From positions 2,349,713 to 2,413,712 of the forward strand of contig CAJFCJ010000004.1 in the NCBI GenBank assembly GCA_904063045.1: a DNA stretch of 64,000 bases, in the 5' to 3' direction. This document shows positions 63,672-64,000 of the stretch, piece after piece (position 1 is the first letter of the stretch; the number at the start of each line of letters is the position of its first letter). The DNA is from Dimorphilus gyrociliatus (taxonomy: Eukaryota; Animalia; Annelida). The notes beneath the pieces were generated by a model. It made no database searches. It was not told the origin of the DNA and saw only the letters and a list, made by a program, of their open reading frames with translations. A program made the translations under genes and the position numbers.

Positions 63672-64000
63672 TCAATATAGAGCCTAATTGACAAGCAGAT
63701 GCGTGATTTGCGTCGCTCATTTGCGCCTCTCAGTGCTCTTCTTTTGATGCATAATTTACAAAGAACGAATGCCAATTTTCATAGGATTCGATTTAGTGCT
63801 CGCTTGCATTATTTTGTCAGAACAGATGCAAAACTCCTAGTACATTCTTCGACGTCTAAACATTTCCGGTTAATTAGTATTTGGCATTTATGAAAAGGAA
63901 GGCGTCTTTCATTCAAGTGCACACTTGCATAATTCTTTATTGTCGTATCGTTAGATGTTACCTTTAAAAGGAAAAGATAAAAAGAATATTGCCTGACAGT

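Noticed and set aside
63254-63893. Three ORFs near the right end
   Set aside because: Built largely on CT/CA repeats or lacking any motif.
1-64000. CRISPR array, rRNA, tRNA or prokaryotic operon
   Set aside because: No regularly spaced repeats or structural-RNA signatures seen; the genes are spliceosomal-intron eukaryotic genes.

Overview
This is AT-rich metazoan genomic DNA, not prokaryotic. It has short (mostly ~45-110 nt) GT-AG introns and many microsatellites, and looks like a compact-genome invertebrate; the species cannot be fixed from the sequence. Splicing the ORF fragments by eye gives, in order: the 5' part of an Ig-domain gene (-); chondroitin synthase CHSY (+); a mucin/SEA/EGF-like single-pass receptor (-); a fucosyltransferase-like gene (+); three paralogous GT7 (beta-1,4-Gal/GalNAc-transferase) genes, each fused to 2-3 C-terminal PAN/Apple domains, one carrying a dead DD35E Tc1 element in intron 1; a receptor tyrosine phosphatase (-) and a head-to-head partner (+); NAXE (-); a Tc3-like element; and ~12 kb with no supported gene. 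The most striking system is the head-to-head receptor pair. Both share a ~98% identical ectodomain region (3 F-type-lectin-like, EGF, 2 FN3), and the near-identity runs from the ATG to the intron before the TM exon. Their TM exons and tails are unrelated: tandem PTP domains in one, a 52-aa triple-tyrosine tail in the other. The second highlight is the GT7-PAN fusion family with altered donor-site residues. Exon boundaries and counts were made by eye; no database searches were run.
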